A DNA stretch of 63,230 nucleotides, the filler included. It is 13 parts of 13 records of this genome, joined end to end, with 100 filler letters (N's around TTAATTAATTAA, not from the genome) between each part and the next. Parts side by side here need not be neighbours in the genome. Positions count along the whole stretch, not along the records: positions 8,806 to 18,071 come from SRR11831585_966; positions 18,172 to 26,115 come from SRR11831585_980; 11 more parts are not named here. One strand, given 5' to 3'. The position numbers were made by a program, and so were the translations under genes. The notes below the pieces were generated by a model that was not told where the DNA came from, did no database searches, and worked only from the letters and a program-made list of their open reading frames with translations. Of the stretch, positions 11,625-22,489 are shown piece after piece. Numbering within the stretch: position 1 is the stretch's first letter; every line of letters starts with the position of its first letter.

Positions 11625-12023
11625 ATGCATATACTGGATTCACTTCTTGCCTTTAGCGCCTATTTTTTTATTGGCGTGGCTATGGTGATTATTTTTCTGT
11701 TTATCTATTCTAAAATTACACCGCACAACGAATGGCAGTTAATCAAAAACAATAATACCGCGGCGTCACTGGCGTTCAGCGGTACATTGTTGGGTTACGT
11801 TATCCCCTTATCCAGTGCGGCAATCAATGCGGTGAGTATTCCAGACTATTTCGCCTGGGGCGGGATTGCACTGGTGATTCAGTTACTCGTTTTTGCTGGT
11901 GTCAGACTTTATATGCCCGCATTAAGCGAAAAAATTATTAATCACAATACCGCAGCAGGAATGTTTATGGGAACCGCCGCGCTGGCTGGCGGTATTTTTA
12001 ACGCAGCTTGTATGACATGGTAA
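11625..12023 (+). CDS. yjfL: Inner membrane protein YjfL (DUF350)
   Basis: 132 aa, 4 TM segments, ITPHNEW..I..NN.AA motif. Confidence 0.92.
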   Translation: MHILDSLLAFSAYFFIGVAMVIIFLFIYSKITPHNEWQLIKNNNTAASLAFSGTLLGYVIPLSSAAINAVSIPDYFAWGGIALVIQLLVFAGVRLYMPALSEKIINHNTAAGMFMGTAALAGGIFNAACMTW

Positions 12024-12032
12024 TGGACGATC

Positions 12033-12671
12033 ATGGCCAGAAAACGCAAATCAAGAAATAACAGTAAAATTGGTCACGGAGCGATTAGTCGCATTGGTAG
12101 ACCGAATAATCCTTTTGAACCGTGCCGCAATCGCTACGCACAAAAATACTTAACGTTGGCGCTAATGGGCGGTGCCGCTTTTTTCGTATTGAAAGGTTGT
12201 AGCGATAGTAGCGATGTCGATAACGACGGCGACGGAACGTTTTACGCGACAGTGCAGGATTGTATTGATGACGGTAATAATGCCGACATTTGCGCGCGTG
12301 GCTGGAACAACGCCAAAACGGCATTTTATGCCGATGTTCCGAAGAATATGACTCAGCAGAACTGTCAGTCTAAGTACGAAAATTGCTACTACGACAATGT
12401 TGAACAGAGTTGGATCCCGGTCGTTTCTGGATTTTTGTTAAGCCGGGTTATTCGTAAAGATCGCGATGAGCCGTTTGTTTATAACAGCGGCGGTTCCTCT
12501 TTTGCTTCGCGCCCAGTCTGGCGCAGCACTTCTGGTGATTACTCCTGGCGCTCCGGTTCTGGCAAAAAAGAGTCTTACTCTTCGGGCGGCTTTACCACCA
12601 AAAAAGCGTCTACCGTTTCTCGCGGCGGCTATGGTCGTTCTTCCAGCGCCCGTGGGCATTGGGGAGGCTAA
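12033..12671 (+). CDS. yjfM: YjfM (DUF1190)
   Basis: 212 aa; Cys pattern and SRGGYG tail. Confidence 0.92.
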   Translation: MARKRKSRNNSKIGHGAISRIGRPNNPFEPCRNRYAQKYLTLALMGGAAFFVLKGCSDSSDVDNDGDGTFYATVQDCIDDGNNADICARGWNNAKTAFYADVPKNMTQQNCQSKYENCYYDNVEQSWIPVVSGFLLSRVIRKDRDEPFVYNSGGSSFASRPVWRSTSGDYSWRSGSGKKESYSSGGFTTKKASTVSRGGYGRSSSARGHWGG

Positions 12672-12673
12672 TC

Positions 12674-13836
12674 ATGCTGAGACACAACGTTCCTGTGCGA
12701 CGGGATCTGGACCAGATCGCCGCTGACAACGGTTTCGACTTTCATATCATCGACAATGAAATCTATTGGGATGAGAGTCGGGCTTACCGTTTTACTCTGC
12801 GCCAGATTGAAGAGCAGATCGAAAAACCGCTGCGGAACTGCATCAGATGTGCCTTGAGGTGGTGGATCGCGCGGTAAAAGATGAAGAGATCCTGACGCAA
12901 CTGGCGATCCCGCCGTTGTACTGGGATGTGATCGCTGAAAGCTGGCGCGCCCGCGATCCTTCGCTGTATGGACGGATGGATTTTGCCTGGTGTGGCAATG
13001 CGCCGGTGAAGCTGCTGGAGTACAACGCCGATACGCCAACTTCATTGTACGAGTCGGCTTATTTCCAGTGGCTGTGGCTGGAGGATGCCCGGCGCAGCGG
13101 CATTATTCCGCGTGATGCCGATCAGTACAATGCTATTCAGGAACGCCTGATTTCACGCTTTAGCGAGCTTTACAGTCGGGAACCGTTTTATTTTTGCTGC
13201 TGTCAGGACACCGATGAAGACAGGAGTACCGTGCTGTACTTGCAGGACTGCGCCCAGCAGGCAGGGCAGGAGTCGCGGTTTATCTACATTGAAGATCTCG
13301 GTTTGGGCGTCGGCGGCGTACTGACCGATCTTGATGATAATGTCATCCAGCGTGCATTTAAGCTGTATCCGCTGGAGTGGATGATGCGTGACGATAACGG
13401 TCCGCTGCTGCGCAAGCGTCGCGAGCAATGGGTGGAGCCGTTATGGAAAAGTATCTTGAGTAATAAAGGGCTAATGCCGCTGCTTTGGCGCTTCTTCCCT
13501 GGTCATCCTAATCTTCTTGCGTCCTGGTTCGATGGCGAGAAACCGCAGATTGCCGCTGGCGAAAGCTATGTGCGTAAACCAATCTATTCGCGCGAAGGCG
13601 GCAACGTCACCATTTTTGACGGCAAGAATAACGTTGTTGACCACGCTGATGGTGATTACGCCGATGAACCGATGATCTACCAGGCGTTTCAACCTCTGCC
13701 GCGGTTTGGCGATAGCTACACACTCATCGGTAGCTGGATTGTCGATGATGAAGCGTGCGGAATGGGGATCCGTGAAGATAACACACTGATCACCAAAGAC
13801 ACCTCACGTTTCGTTCCGCATTACATTGCTGGATAA
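12674..13836 (+). pseudogene. yjfC: Glutathionylspermidine-synthase-like ATP-grasp ligase YjfC, split by a -1 frameshift
   Basis: MLRHNVPV...EKP (one frame) continues as AELHQMCLE...HYIAG in another; span is 1163 nt, one short of a multiple of 3. Confidence 0.85.
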
Positions 13837-13919
13837 GAATGTTTTAGCAATCTCTTTCTGTCATGAATCCATGGCAGTGACCATACTAATGGTGACTGCC
13901 ATTGATGGAGGGAGACACA

Positions 13920-15545
13920 GTGCACTGGCAAACTCACACCGTTTTTAATCAACCTATACCATTAAATAACAGCAACTTATACCTGTCTGATGGCGCGCTC
14001 TGCGAAGCGGTAACGCGTGAAGGTGCTGGCTGGGATAGCGATTTTCTAGCCAGTATTGGTCAGCAGTTAGGAACGGCTGAATCCCTTGAACTGGGGCGGC
14101 TGGCGAATGTGAATCCGCCTGAATTATTGCGCTACGATGCGCAAGGACGCCGTCTGGACGATGTGCGTTTTCACCCCGCCTGGCACCTGCTGATGCAGGC
14201 GCTATGTACCAATCGGGTGCACAATCTTGCCTGGGAAGAAGACGCTCGCTCCGGCGCATTTGTGGCGCGTGCGGCGCGTTTTATGTTACATGCGCAGGTT
14301 GAGGCAGGGTCGTTATGTCCGATAACCATGACCTTTGCCGCCACGCCATTGTTGTTACAGATGTTACCCGCGCCGTTTCAGGACTGGACCACGCCGCTAT
14401 TGAGCGATCGCTACGATTCTCACTTATTGCCAGGTGGGCAAAAACGCGGTTTGTTGATTGGCATGGGAATGACGGAAAAGCAGGGCGGTTCCGATGTTAT
14501 GAGCAACACCACCCGTGCAGAGCGTCTGGAAGATGGCTCTTATCGGCTGGTGGGGCATAAATGGTTTTTCTCGGTTCCGCAAAGCGATGCGCATCTGGTG
14601 CTGGCGCAGACCGCGGGTGGTCTGTCCTGCTTTTTTGTGCCGCGCTTTTTGCCTGACGGGCAACGCAACGCGATTCGCCTCGAGCGGCTGAAAGATAAGC
14701 TGGGTAATCGCTCTAACGCCAGTTGCGAAGTGGAGTTTCAGGATGCCATTGGTTGGTTGTTGGGGCTGGAAGGGGAAGGAATTCGTCTGATCCTGAAAAT
14801 GGGTGGGATGACGCGTTTTGATTGCGCCCTGGGTAGCCATGCCATGATGCGCCGTGCATTTTCGCTGGCGATTTATCATGCACATCAACGCCATGTTTTT
14901 GGTAATCCATTGATCCAACAGCCCCTTATGCGTCATGTCTTAAGTCGCATGGCACTTCAGCTTGAAGGGCAAACGGCGTTGCTGTTTCGTCTTGCGCGAG
15001 CGTGGGACCGGCGTGCCGATGCCAAAGAAGCCCTGTGGGCGCGTTTATTTACGCCTGCGGCAAAATTTGTGATCTGCAAAAGAGGTATGCCGTTTGTGGC
15101 CGAAGCGATGGAGGTGCTGGGCGGCATTGGTTATTGCGAGGAGAGTGAGCTGCCGCGGCTTTACCGGGAGATGCCGGTAAACAGTATTTGGGAAGGTTCC
15201 GGCAATATTATGTGCCTGGATGTGTTGCGCGTTCTCAATAAGCAAGCGGGCGTATACGACTTATTGTCGGAAGCATTTGTGGAAGTGAAAGGGCAGGATC
15301 GCTATTTTGATCGCGCGGTTCGTCGTTTACAGCAGCAGCTGCGTAAGCCAGCTGAAGAACTGGGGCGAGAGATTACTCATCAGCTATTCCTGCTGGGCTG
15401 CGGTGCGCAAATGTTGAAATATGCTTCTCCGCCAATGGCGCAGGCGTGGTGTCAGGTGATGTTAGATACGCGCGGCGGCGTACGGTTGTCAGAGCAGATC
15501 CAGAATGATTTATTGCTGCGGGCGACGGGGGGAGTGTGTGTGTAA
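13920..15545 (+). CDS. aidB: Acyl-CoA dehydrogenase-like adaptive-response protein AidB
   Basis: GTG start, 541 aa, MTEKQGGSD and IWEGSGN motifs. Confidence 0.96.
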   Translation: MHWQTHTVFNQPIPLNNSNLYLSDGALCEAVTREGAGWDSDFLASIGQQLGTAESLELGRLANVNPPELLRYDAQGRRLDDVRFHPAWHLLMQALCTNRVHNLAWEEDARSGAFVARAARFMLHAQVEAGSLCPITMTFAATPLLLQMLPAPFQDWTTPLLSDRYDSHLLPGGQKRGLLIGMGMTEKQGGSDVMSNTTRAERLEDGSYRLVGHKWFFSVPQSDAHLVLAQTAGGLSCFFVPRFLPDGQRNAIRLERLKDKLGNRSNASCEVEFQDAIGWLLGLEGEGIRLILKMGGMTRFDCALGSHAMMRRAFSLAIYHAHQRHVFGNPLIQQPLMRHVLSRMALQLEGQTALLFRLARAWDRRADAKEALWARLFTPAAKFVICKRGMPFVAEAMEVLGGIGYCEESELPRLYREMPVNSIWEGSGNIMCLDVLRVLNKQAGVYDLLSEAFVEVKGQDRYFDRAVRRLQQQLRKPAEELGREITHQLFLLGCGAQMLKYASPPMAQAWCQVMLDTRGGVRLSEQIQNDLLLRATGGVCV

Positions 15546-15599
15546 GCGTATACGACTGATGCGACGCTGGTTTCGATTAACTAAATGAAATATGTGAAA

Positions 15600-15640
15600 A
15601 TTGTAGGCCGGACAAGGCGCTCGCGCCGCATCCGGCATTG
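15600..15640. repeat. REP element
   Basis: TTGTAGGCCGGACAAGGCGCTCGCGCCGCATCCGGCA. Confidence 0.9.
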
Positions 15641-15661
15641 TTCATTTGCTGTAGATGACAC

Positions 15662-15937
15662 TCATGCATACAGTATCGCCTGTACGCGCCAGTTATCAGG
15701 CTGCTGGTCTTCGTACATGGTAATAATGCGGTACCATGACGCACCTTGTTCATCGGCCTTTAACGCCACGATACGTTCCACGTCCTGCGGATCCCCTGAA
15801 ATATTGCTAACTGAGATCTGACCTATTTCATTCAGGCCCGTCACGCAGTCAGCACTGGCGAATTCTGCAGACTGTGCCGTGGCGCTCGCAGGATAAGTCA
15901 CTAATTGCAGCGAGGGTGAGGCAAGTAATTGTTTCAT
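15662..15937 (-). CDS. yjfN: DUF1471 family protein YjfN
   Basis: KADEQGASWYRII...AILYA, DUF1471 pattern. Confidence 0.9.
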   Translation of the reverse strand: MKQLLASPSLQLVTYPASATAQSAEFASADCVTGLNEIGQISVSNISGDPQDVERIVALKADEQGASWYRIITMYEDQQPDNWRVQAILYA

Positions 15938-16085
15938 CGTCAGCTCCATTTTTCGTTTCCCCACATGTTGCAGGGCATTCCATCGCGGTAATAAACGCCC
16001 AGGCTTCCAGCCGGTAATTTATTGTGCACAGGTAAACGCATAGGGACGCAAAGCAATGTAAAGCTGACTATGTAAGTTGTCTGAT

Positions 16086-16415
16086 TTATTTACGGTACAA
16101 AATGGCTTGTGAATACCACTGTCCTGTCACGATGGTTTCGTCCACCATGACGACAACGTAATAATCAGCTTTTGCAGCGACAGCTTTCGCTTTGATTTCT
16201 GCTAATGCGTCATCCGGAGAACCCCGAACCATCGTGCTTACGCTACCTATTCGCTGTAACCCTTGCGTCTGGTCGCGGCGAATCTCTTGCGGATGGTCCG
16301 TTACTGGCGGTGCTGGCTGTGGCGTACCTTGCAGTGCGCTACAGGCACTTAACATCAACACCAATAATAAACTGGCAAACCGGTAAATAACGCTATTACG
16401 TTTCCTGCTAACCAT
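16086..16415 (-). CDS. bsmA: Lipoprotein BsmA (YjfO), DUF1471
   Basis: Lipobox LSAC, AILYR tail, 109 aa. Confidence 0.93.
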   Translation of the reverse strand: MVSRKRNSVIYRFASLLLVLMLSACSALQGTPQPAPPVTDHPQEIRRDQTQGLQRIGSVSTMVRGSPDDALAEIKAKAVAAKADYYVVVMVDETIVTGQWYSQAILYRK

Positions 16416-16596
16416 AGTGTAGTGCCTTATTAATTTAACTTTGGGGGAATGTTCCCGAATTGTTACCTGGTACGCGATTTTCGAATGAAAACGTGACGAA
16501 AGCGTAACCCACATCTCAACATTATGAACTAATACCGCCAGCAGAAACTTGTGCTAAGGATTTCTTCATGTCATACCAGACAAAAAGGAGAGACAG

Positions 16597-17346
16597 ATGA
16601 TTGAAATAGAATCACGCGAGCTGGCAGATATTCCCGTTCTTCATGCTTATCCTGTCGGGCAAAAAGATACCCCGTTACCGTGCGTAATTTTTTATCACGG
16701 CTTTACTTCATCCAGTCTGGTGTATAGCTATTTTGCCGTTGCGCTGGCGCAGGCTGGTTTGCGGGTGATCATGCCGGATGCGCCCGATCACGGTAGCCGT
16801 TTTAGTGGTGACGCAGCGCGGCGGTTAAATCAATTCTGGCAAATCTTGCTACAAAGTATGCAGGAATTCACTACTTTACGTGCGGCAATAGCCGAAGAAA
16901 ACTGGCTGCTTGATGACCGTCTGGCAGTCGGTGGCGCGTCGATGGGCGCGATGACGGCACTGGGGATTACCGCTCGCCACCCCACGGTGAGATGTACCGC
17001 CAGCATGATGGGATCGGGCTATTTTACATCACTCGCCCGTTCACTGTTTCCACCGCTGATACCTGAAACGGCAGCACAGCAGAATGAATTCAATAACATT
17101 GTCGCGCCACTGGCAGAGTGGGAAGCGACAAACCACCTGGAACAACTTAGTGACAGACCTCTACTGCTGTGGCATGGCCTCGACGATGACGTTGTGCCTG
17201 CCGACGAATCACTACGTTTGCAGCAGGCCTTAAGCGAGACGGGACGGGATAAACTGCTAACCTGTTCATGGCAGCCAGGCGTGCGTCACCGCATTACGCC
17301 TGAGGCGTTAGATGCTGCCGTGACATTTTTCCGCCAGCATCTTTAA
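16597..17346 (+). CDS. yjfP: Esterase YjfP
   Basis: GASMG nucleophile motif, HG.DD.VV; 249 aa. Confidence 0.95.
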
Positions 17347-18071
17347 ACACGCAGAATGCTGACCCCTTGCGCTTCCAGTTGTTGCAGGATTTCCGGGTTA
17401 GCATTTTTGCCGGTGATAAGCATATCGATTTGATCGGCACGGCTAAAAAGCATTCCCGCGCGTTCGCCAATCTTACTGCTATCAACCAGTACCACCAGTT
17501 TCCCTACCACGCTCAGCATCTTCTGCTCTGCCATTGCTGTCAGCATATCGGTTTTATACAACCCTTCTGCGGTCAGCCCTTTTCCGCTGGTAAACATCCA
17601 GTGCCCGGCATAGAGACTGTTTTCGCTGCCCTGCGGGCTTAAAGTGATGGACTGACTTTTGTTGTACTGTCCGCCCATAATGATCACGCTGTCATGTTCT
17701 TGATCGATCAGGTAATTTGCCAGCGGTAGATAATTAGTGATGATTTGCACTGGCTTGCCACACATTTCCCGCCCAAGCAGAAACGCGGTGGAGCCGCAGT
17801 TGATGACTACGCTTTCGCCCGGATTAACCAGCTGCGAGGCCGCTTTAGCGATACGTACTTTTTCATCGTGATTCTGCGCCTGATGCAGATTCATCGGCGT
17901 CCAGCGCGGGCGCTGTTGGGTAATAGCTTCTGCGCCATTGCGCACTTTTTTCAGTTTGCCGCTTTCGTCAAGTTTATTGATATCGCGTCGCGCAGTGGCA
18001 GGCGAAATTCCCAGACGCTCAACGACTTTCTCAACGGTCACAAAGCCCAATTGTGCGAGCATTTCCAGGAG
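17343..18071 (-). CDS. ulaR: DeoR-family repressor UlaR (5' end cut by contig edge)
   Basis: [10 protein letters not shown] helix-turn-helix and DeoR C-terminal domain. Confidence 0.93.
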
Positions 18072-18171
18072 NNNNNNNNNNNNNNNNNNNNNNNNNNNNN
18101 NNNNNNNNNNNNNNNTTAATTAATTAANNNNNNNNNNNNNNNNNNNNNNNNNNNNNNNNNNNNNNNNNNNN

Positions 18172-20420
18172 AAAAAATTACATTTACCGCCAATGCAGAG
18201 CAACTTCTGCAGCCACAGTTTACGGTAGAACAACTACGTGAGCTGGGTATTAAGGTGGATGAAATCCCGGCGCTGGCTGAAAAAGATGACGATAGCGTGA
18301 TCAACTCGCTTGAACAAATCATTCCCGGTACAGCTGCTGAATTTGATTTCAATCATCAGCAACTTAATTTGAGCATTCCCCAAATTGCACTGTACCGTGA
18401 TGCAAGAGGTTACGTCTCCCCTTCTCGTTGGGACGATGGTATACCAACGCTGTTTACCAACTACTCGTTTACAGGTTCTGATAACCGTTACCGCCAGGGC
18501 AATCGTAGCCAACGACAGTACCTGAATATGCAAAATGGTGCTAATTTTGGCCCCTGGCGATTACGCAACTATTCCACATGGACACGCAACGATCAGACAT
18601 CAAGCTGGAATACCATCAGTAGTTATTTACAACGTGATATCAAGGCGTTGAAGTCTCAGTTGCTTCTGGGAGAAAGCGCCACCAGCGGCAGTATTTTTTC
18701 CAGCTACACCTTTACTGGCGTGCAACTCGCTTCCGACGATAATATGTTGCCAAACAGCCAGCGCGGATTTGCCCCAACGGTACGCGGTATCGCAAACAGT
18801 AGTGCAATCGTGACTATCAGGCAAAATGGTTATGTGATCTATCAAAGCAACGTGTCAGCGGGTGCCTTTGAAATTAACGATCTCTACCCCTCTTCCAACA
18901 GCGGCGATTTAGAAGTCACGATTGAAGAAAGTGACGGTACACAACGTCGCTTTATCCAGCCTTATTCTTCATTACCCATGATGCAGCGACCTGGGCATCT
19001 AAAGTATAGCGCGACCGCTGGACGCTATCGCGCTGATGCAAACAGTGATAGCAAGGAACCCGAATTTGCTGAAGCCACGGCAATATATGGTTTGAATAAT
19101 ACTTTTACGCTGTATGGCGGCCTGCTCGGTTCTGAAGATTATTATGCGCTGGGGATCGGTATCGGCGGCACACTTGGCGCACTGGGCGCGTTGTCGATGG
19201 ATATCAACAGAGCTGACACCCAATTCGATAACCAGCACTCTTTTCATGGCTATCAATGGCGTACGCAGTACATCAAAGATATCCCGGAAACCAACACCAA
19301 TATCGCTGTCAGCTACTATCGCTATACCAACGATGGCTATTTTAGTTTTAATGAAGCCAATACCCGCAATTGGGACTATAACAGTCGCCAAAAAAGTGAA
19401 ATTCAATTCAACATCAGCCAGACAATATTTGATGGGGTAAGTCTGTATGCCTCCGGTTCGCAGCAAGACTATTGGGGCAATAACGATAAAAACAGGAATA
19501 TCTCTGTTGGGGTTTCCGGCCAGCAATGGGGAGTTGGTTACAGCCTGAATTATCAATACAGCCGCTACACTGATCAAAATAATGACCGCGCACTCTCTTT
19601 GAATCTCAGTATTCCGTTAGAACGCTGGTTACCGCGTAGCCGGGTTTCCTATCAGATGACCAGCCAGAAAGATCGCCCAACCCAACATGAAATGCGTCTT
19701 GATGGCTCACTGCTGGATGATGGTCGCCTGAGCTATAGCCTGGAACAAAGTCTGGATGACGATAACAACCATAACAGTAGCCTGAACGCCAGTTACCGTT
19801 CACCTTATGGCACCTTCAGTGCCGGATACAGCTACGGTAATGACAGCAGCCAATACAATTACGGCGTTACCGGCGGCGTGGTTATCCATCCTCATGGCGT
19901 GACGCTCTCGCAATATCTGGGCAACGCTTTTGCGCTTATCGATGCTAACGGAGCATCTGGCGTGAGGATACAAAACTATCCGGGGATTGCTACCGATCCT
20001 TTTGGCTATGCAGTGGTTCCTTATCTCACAACTTATCAGGAAAACCGTCTCTCGGTAGATACTACGCAGCTGCCCGATAACGTCGATCTTGAACAAACAA
20101 CACAGTTTGTGGTGCCCAACAGAGGTGCAATGGTAGCGGCGCGTTTCAACGCCAATATCGGTTATCGCGTACTTGTTACAGTCAGCGATCGCAACGGTAA
20201 ACCGTTGCCCTTTGGCGCTCTTGCCAGCAACGATGATACGGGGCAACAAAGTATCGTCGATGAGGGCGGCATACTATATCTCTCTGGGATATCGAGTAAA
20301 TCACAAAGCTGGACTGTACGCTGGGGAAATCAGGCAGATCAACAATGTCAGTTTGCTTTCAGTACACCGGATTCAGAACCTACAACCTCTGTATTACAAG
20401 GCACAGCGCAGTGCCATTAA
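18172..20420 (+). CDS. yraJ: Fimbrial outer-membrane usher YraJ (5' partial)
   Basis: Usher motifs LSIPQ, NFGPWRLRN, FAPTVRG, LPFGA. Confidence 0.93.
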
Positions 20421-20430
20421 GGATAAAAAA

Positions 20431-21522
20431 ATGAAAAGAGCGCCTCTTATAACAGGTCTTTTGTTGATATCCACATCCTGCGCTTATGCCTCCTCAGGAG
20501 GGTGTGGAGCCGACAGCACTAGCGGTGCGACAAATTACAGCAGTGTGGTTGATGATGTTACGGTGAACCAGACAGATAACGTGACAGGACGGGAGTTTAC
20601 CTCTGCAACGCTAAGTAGCACTAACTGGCAATACGCCTGTTCCTGCTCTGCGGGTAAGGCAGTTAAACTTGTCTATATGGTCAGCCCCGTACTTACCACC
20701 ACTGGACATCAGACAGGATATTACAAACTCAATGACAGCCTGGATATTAAAACCACATTACAGGCAAACGACATTCCAGGACTCACAACCGACCAGGTTG
20801 TCTCTGTTAACACCCGATTCACACAGATAAAAAACAACACGGTATATTCTGCTGCAACCCAAACGGGTGTTTGCCAGGGTGATACGTCTCGTTATGGACC
20901 CGTTAATATTGGTGCGAACACCACCTTTACCCTGTATGTCACCAAGCCATTTCTCGGCTCGATGACCATTCCGAAAACGGATATTGCCGTCATTAAAGGC
21001 GCGTGGGTCGATGGAATGGGAAGCCCGTCTACAGGTGACTTCCATGATTTAGTCAAGTTATCGATTCAGGGAAATCTCACCGCCCCACAGTCGTGCAAAA
21101 TTAATCAGGGCGATGTTATTAAGGTTAATTTTGGATTCATCAATGGTCAGAAGTTTACCACCCGCAATGCCATGCCAGACGGTTTTACTCCAGTAGACTT
21201 TGATATCACTTATGACTGTGGTGATACTTCAAAGATTAAAAACTCGTTGCAAATGCGCATCGACGGTACAACTGGGGTAGTAGACCAGTACAACCTGGTC
21301 GCCAGGCGAAGAAGTTCAGACAATGTGCCCGATGTCGGTATTCGTATTGAAAATCTCGGCGGCGGAGTTGCAAATATTCCTTTTCAGAACGGTATCCTTC
21401 CTGTTGATCCTTCCGGGCATGGCACCGTCAATATGCGCGCCTGGCCAGTTAATCTGGTCGGTGGTGAGCTGGAAACAGGAAAATTTCAGGGCACAGCCAC
21501 CATTACCGTCATCGTGCGGTAA
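20431..21522 (+). CDS. yraK: Fimbrial adhesin YraK
   Basis: Signal peptide MKRAPLITG, 363 aa, pilin tail GKFQGTATITV. Confidence 0.92.
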   Translation: MKRAPLITGLLLISTSCAYASSGGCGADSTSGATNYSSVVDDVTVNQTDNVTGREFTSATLSSTNWQYACSCSAGKAVKLVYMVSPVLTTTGHQTGYYKLNDSLDIKTTLQANDIPGLTTDQVVSVNTRFTQIKNNTVYSAATQTGVCQGDTSRYGPVNIGANTTFTLYVTKPFLGSMTIPKTDIAVIKGAWVDGMGSPSTGDFHDLVKLSIQGNLTAPQSCKINQGDVIKVNFGFINGQKFTTRNAMPDGFTPVDFDITYDCGDTSKIKNSLQMRIDGTTGVVDQYNLVARRRSSDNVPDVGIRIENLGGGVANIPFQNGILPVDPSGHGTVNMRAWPVNLVGGELETGKFQGTATITVIVR

Positions 21523-21560
21523 AAGAAGACGTTGCGTTTTGATTAACGCAACGCTTCGGC
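21523..21560. terminator. Hairpin between convergent yraK and rsmI
   Basis: CGTTGCGTT...AACGCAACG inverted repeat. Confidence 0.6.
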
Positions 21561-21564
21561 ACTG

Positions 21565-22425
21565 TTACCCCTGCTGCTCCAGCGCATACTTATACAGCGC
21601 ATTTTTCTTCACGCCGTGAATTTCTGCGGCCAGCGCCGCCGCTTTTTTCAGCGGCAGTTCTGCCTGTAGCAGCGCCAGCGTGCGCAGGGCATCGGCGGGT
21701 AAGTCTTCTTCCTGTGCTTTATGACCTTCGACAATCAGCACCATTTCGCCTTTGCGACGGTTTTCATCTTCCTTTACCCACGCCAGCAGCTCGCCAACGG
21801 GCGCGCCGTGAATGGTTTCCCAGGTTTTGGTCAGCTCACGCGCCAGAACCACGTAGCGGGATTCGCCTAATACCGCAACGATATCTTCCAGGCTATCTAA
21901 CAGACGGTGGGTAGATTCATAAAAAATCAGCGTGCGCGGCTCCGCTTCAATGGCTTTTAGCGCATCACGGCGGCCTTTTGATTTGGCAGGTAAAAAGCCT
22001 TCGTAACAGAAACGGTCAGAGGGTAAACCCGCTGCGCTTAACGCAGTGATAGCAGCACACGGCCCGGGTAGCGGCACCACGCGGATCCCCGCTTCACGGC
22101 AGGTACGCACCAGATGGTAGCCAGGATCGTTAATTAGCGGCGTTCCGGCATCGGAAACCAGCGCAATGTTTTGCCCCTCTTGCAGCTTCGCCAGCAGCGT
22201 TTCAGCTTTTTGTTGTTCGTTATGGTCGTGCAGCGCAAACAACCGGGCATTAATCCCAAAATGTTGCAGCAATAAACCGGTGTGACGAGTATCCTCGGCG
22301 GCAATCAGATCAACGGCCTGTAATACCTCTAACGCACGCTGGGTGATATCCGCCAGATTGCCGATTGGCGTCGGTACAATGTAAAGCTGGCCCTGAGAAT
22401 TATCCGCCGATTGGTGTTGTTTCAT
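21565..22425 (-). CDS. rsmI: 16S rRNA Cm1402 2'-O-methyltransferase
   Basis: [26 protein letters not shown] motifs. Confidence 0.97.
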
Positions 22426-22489
22426 TGTGTCGTCCGTATTGCCGATTTAATATTGAGCATTGCGTAAAAAAAATATCACTGGATACATT

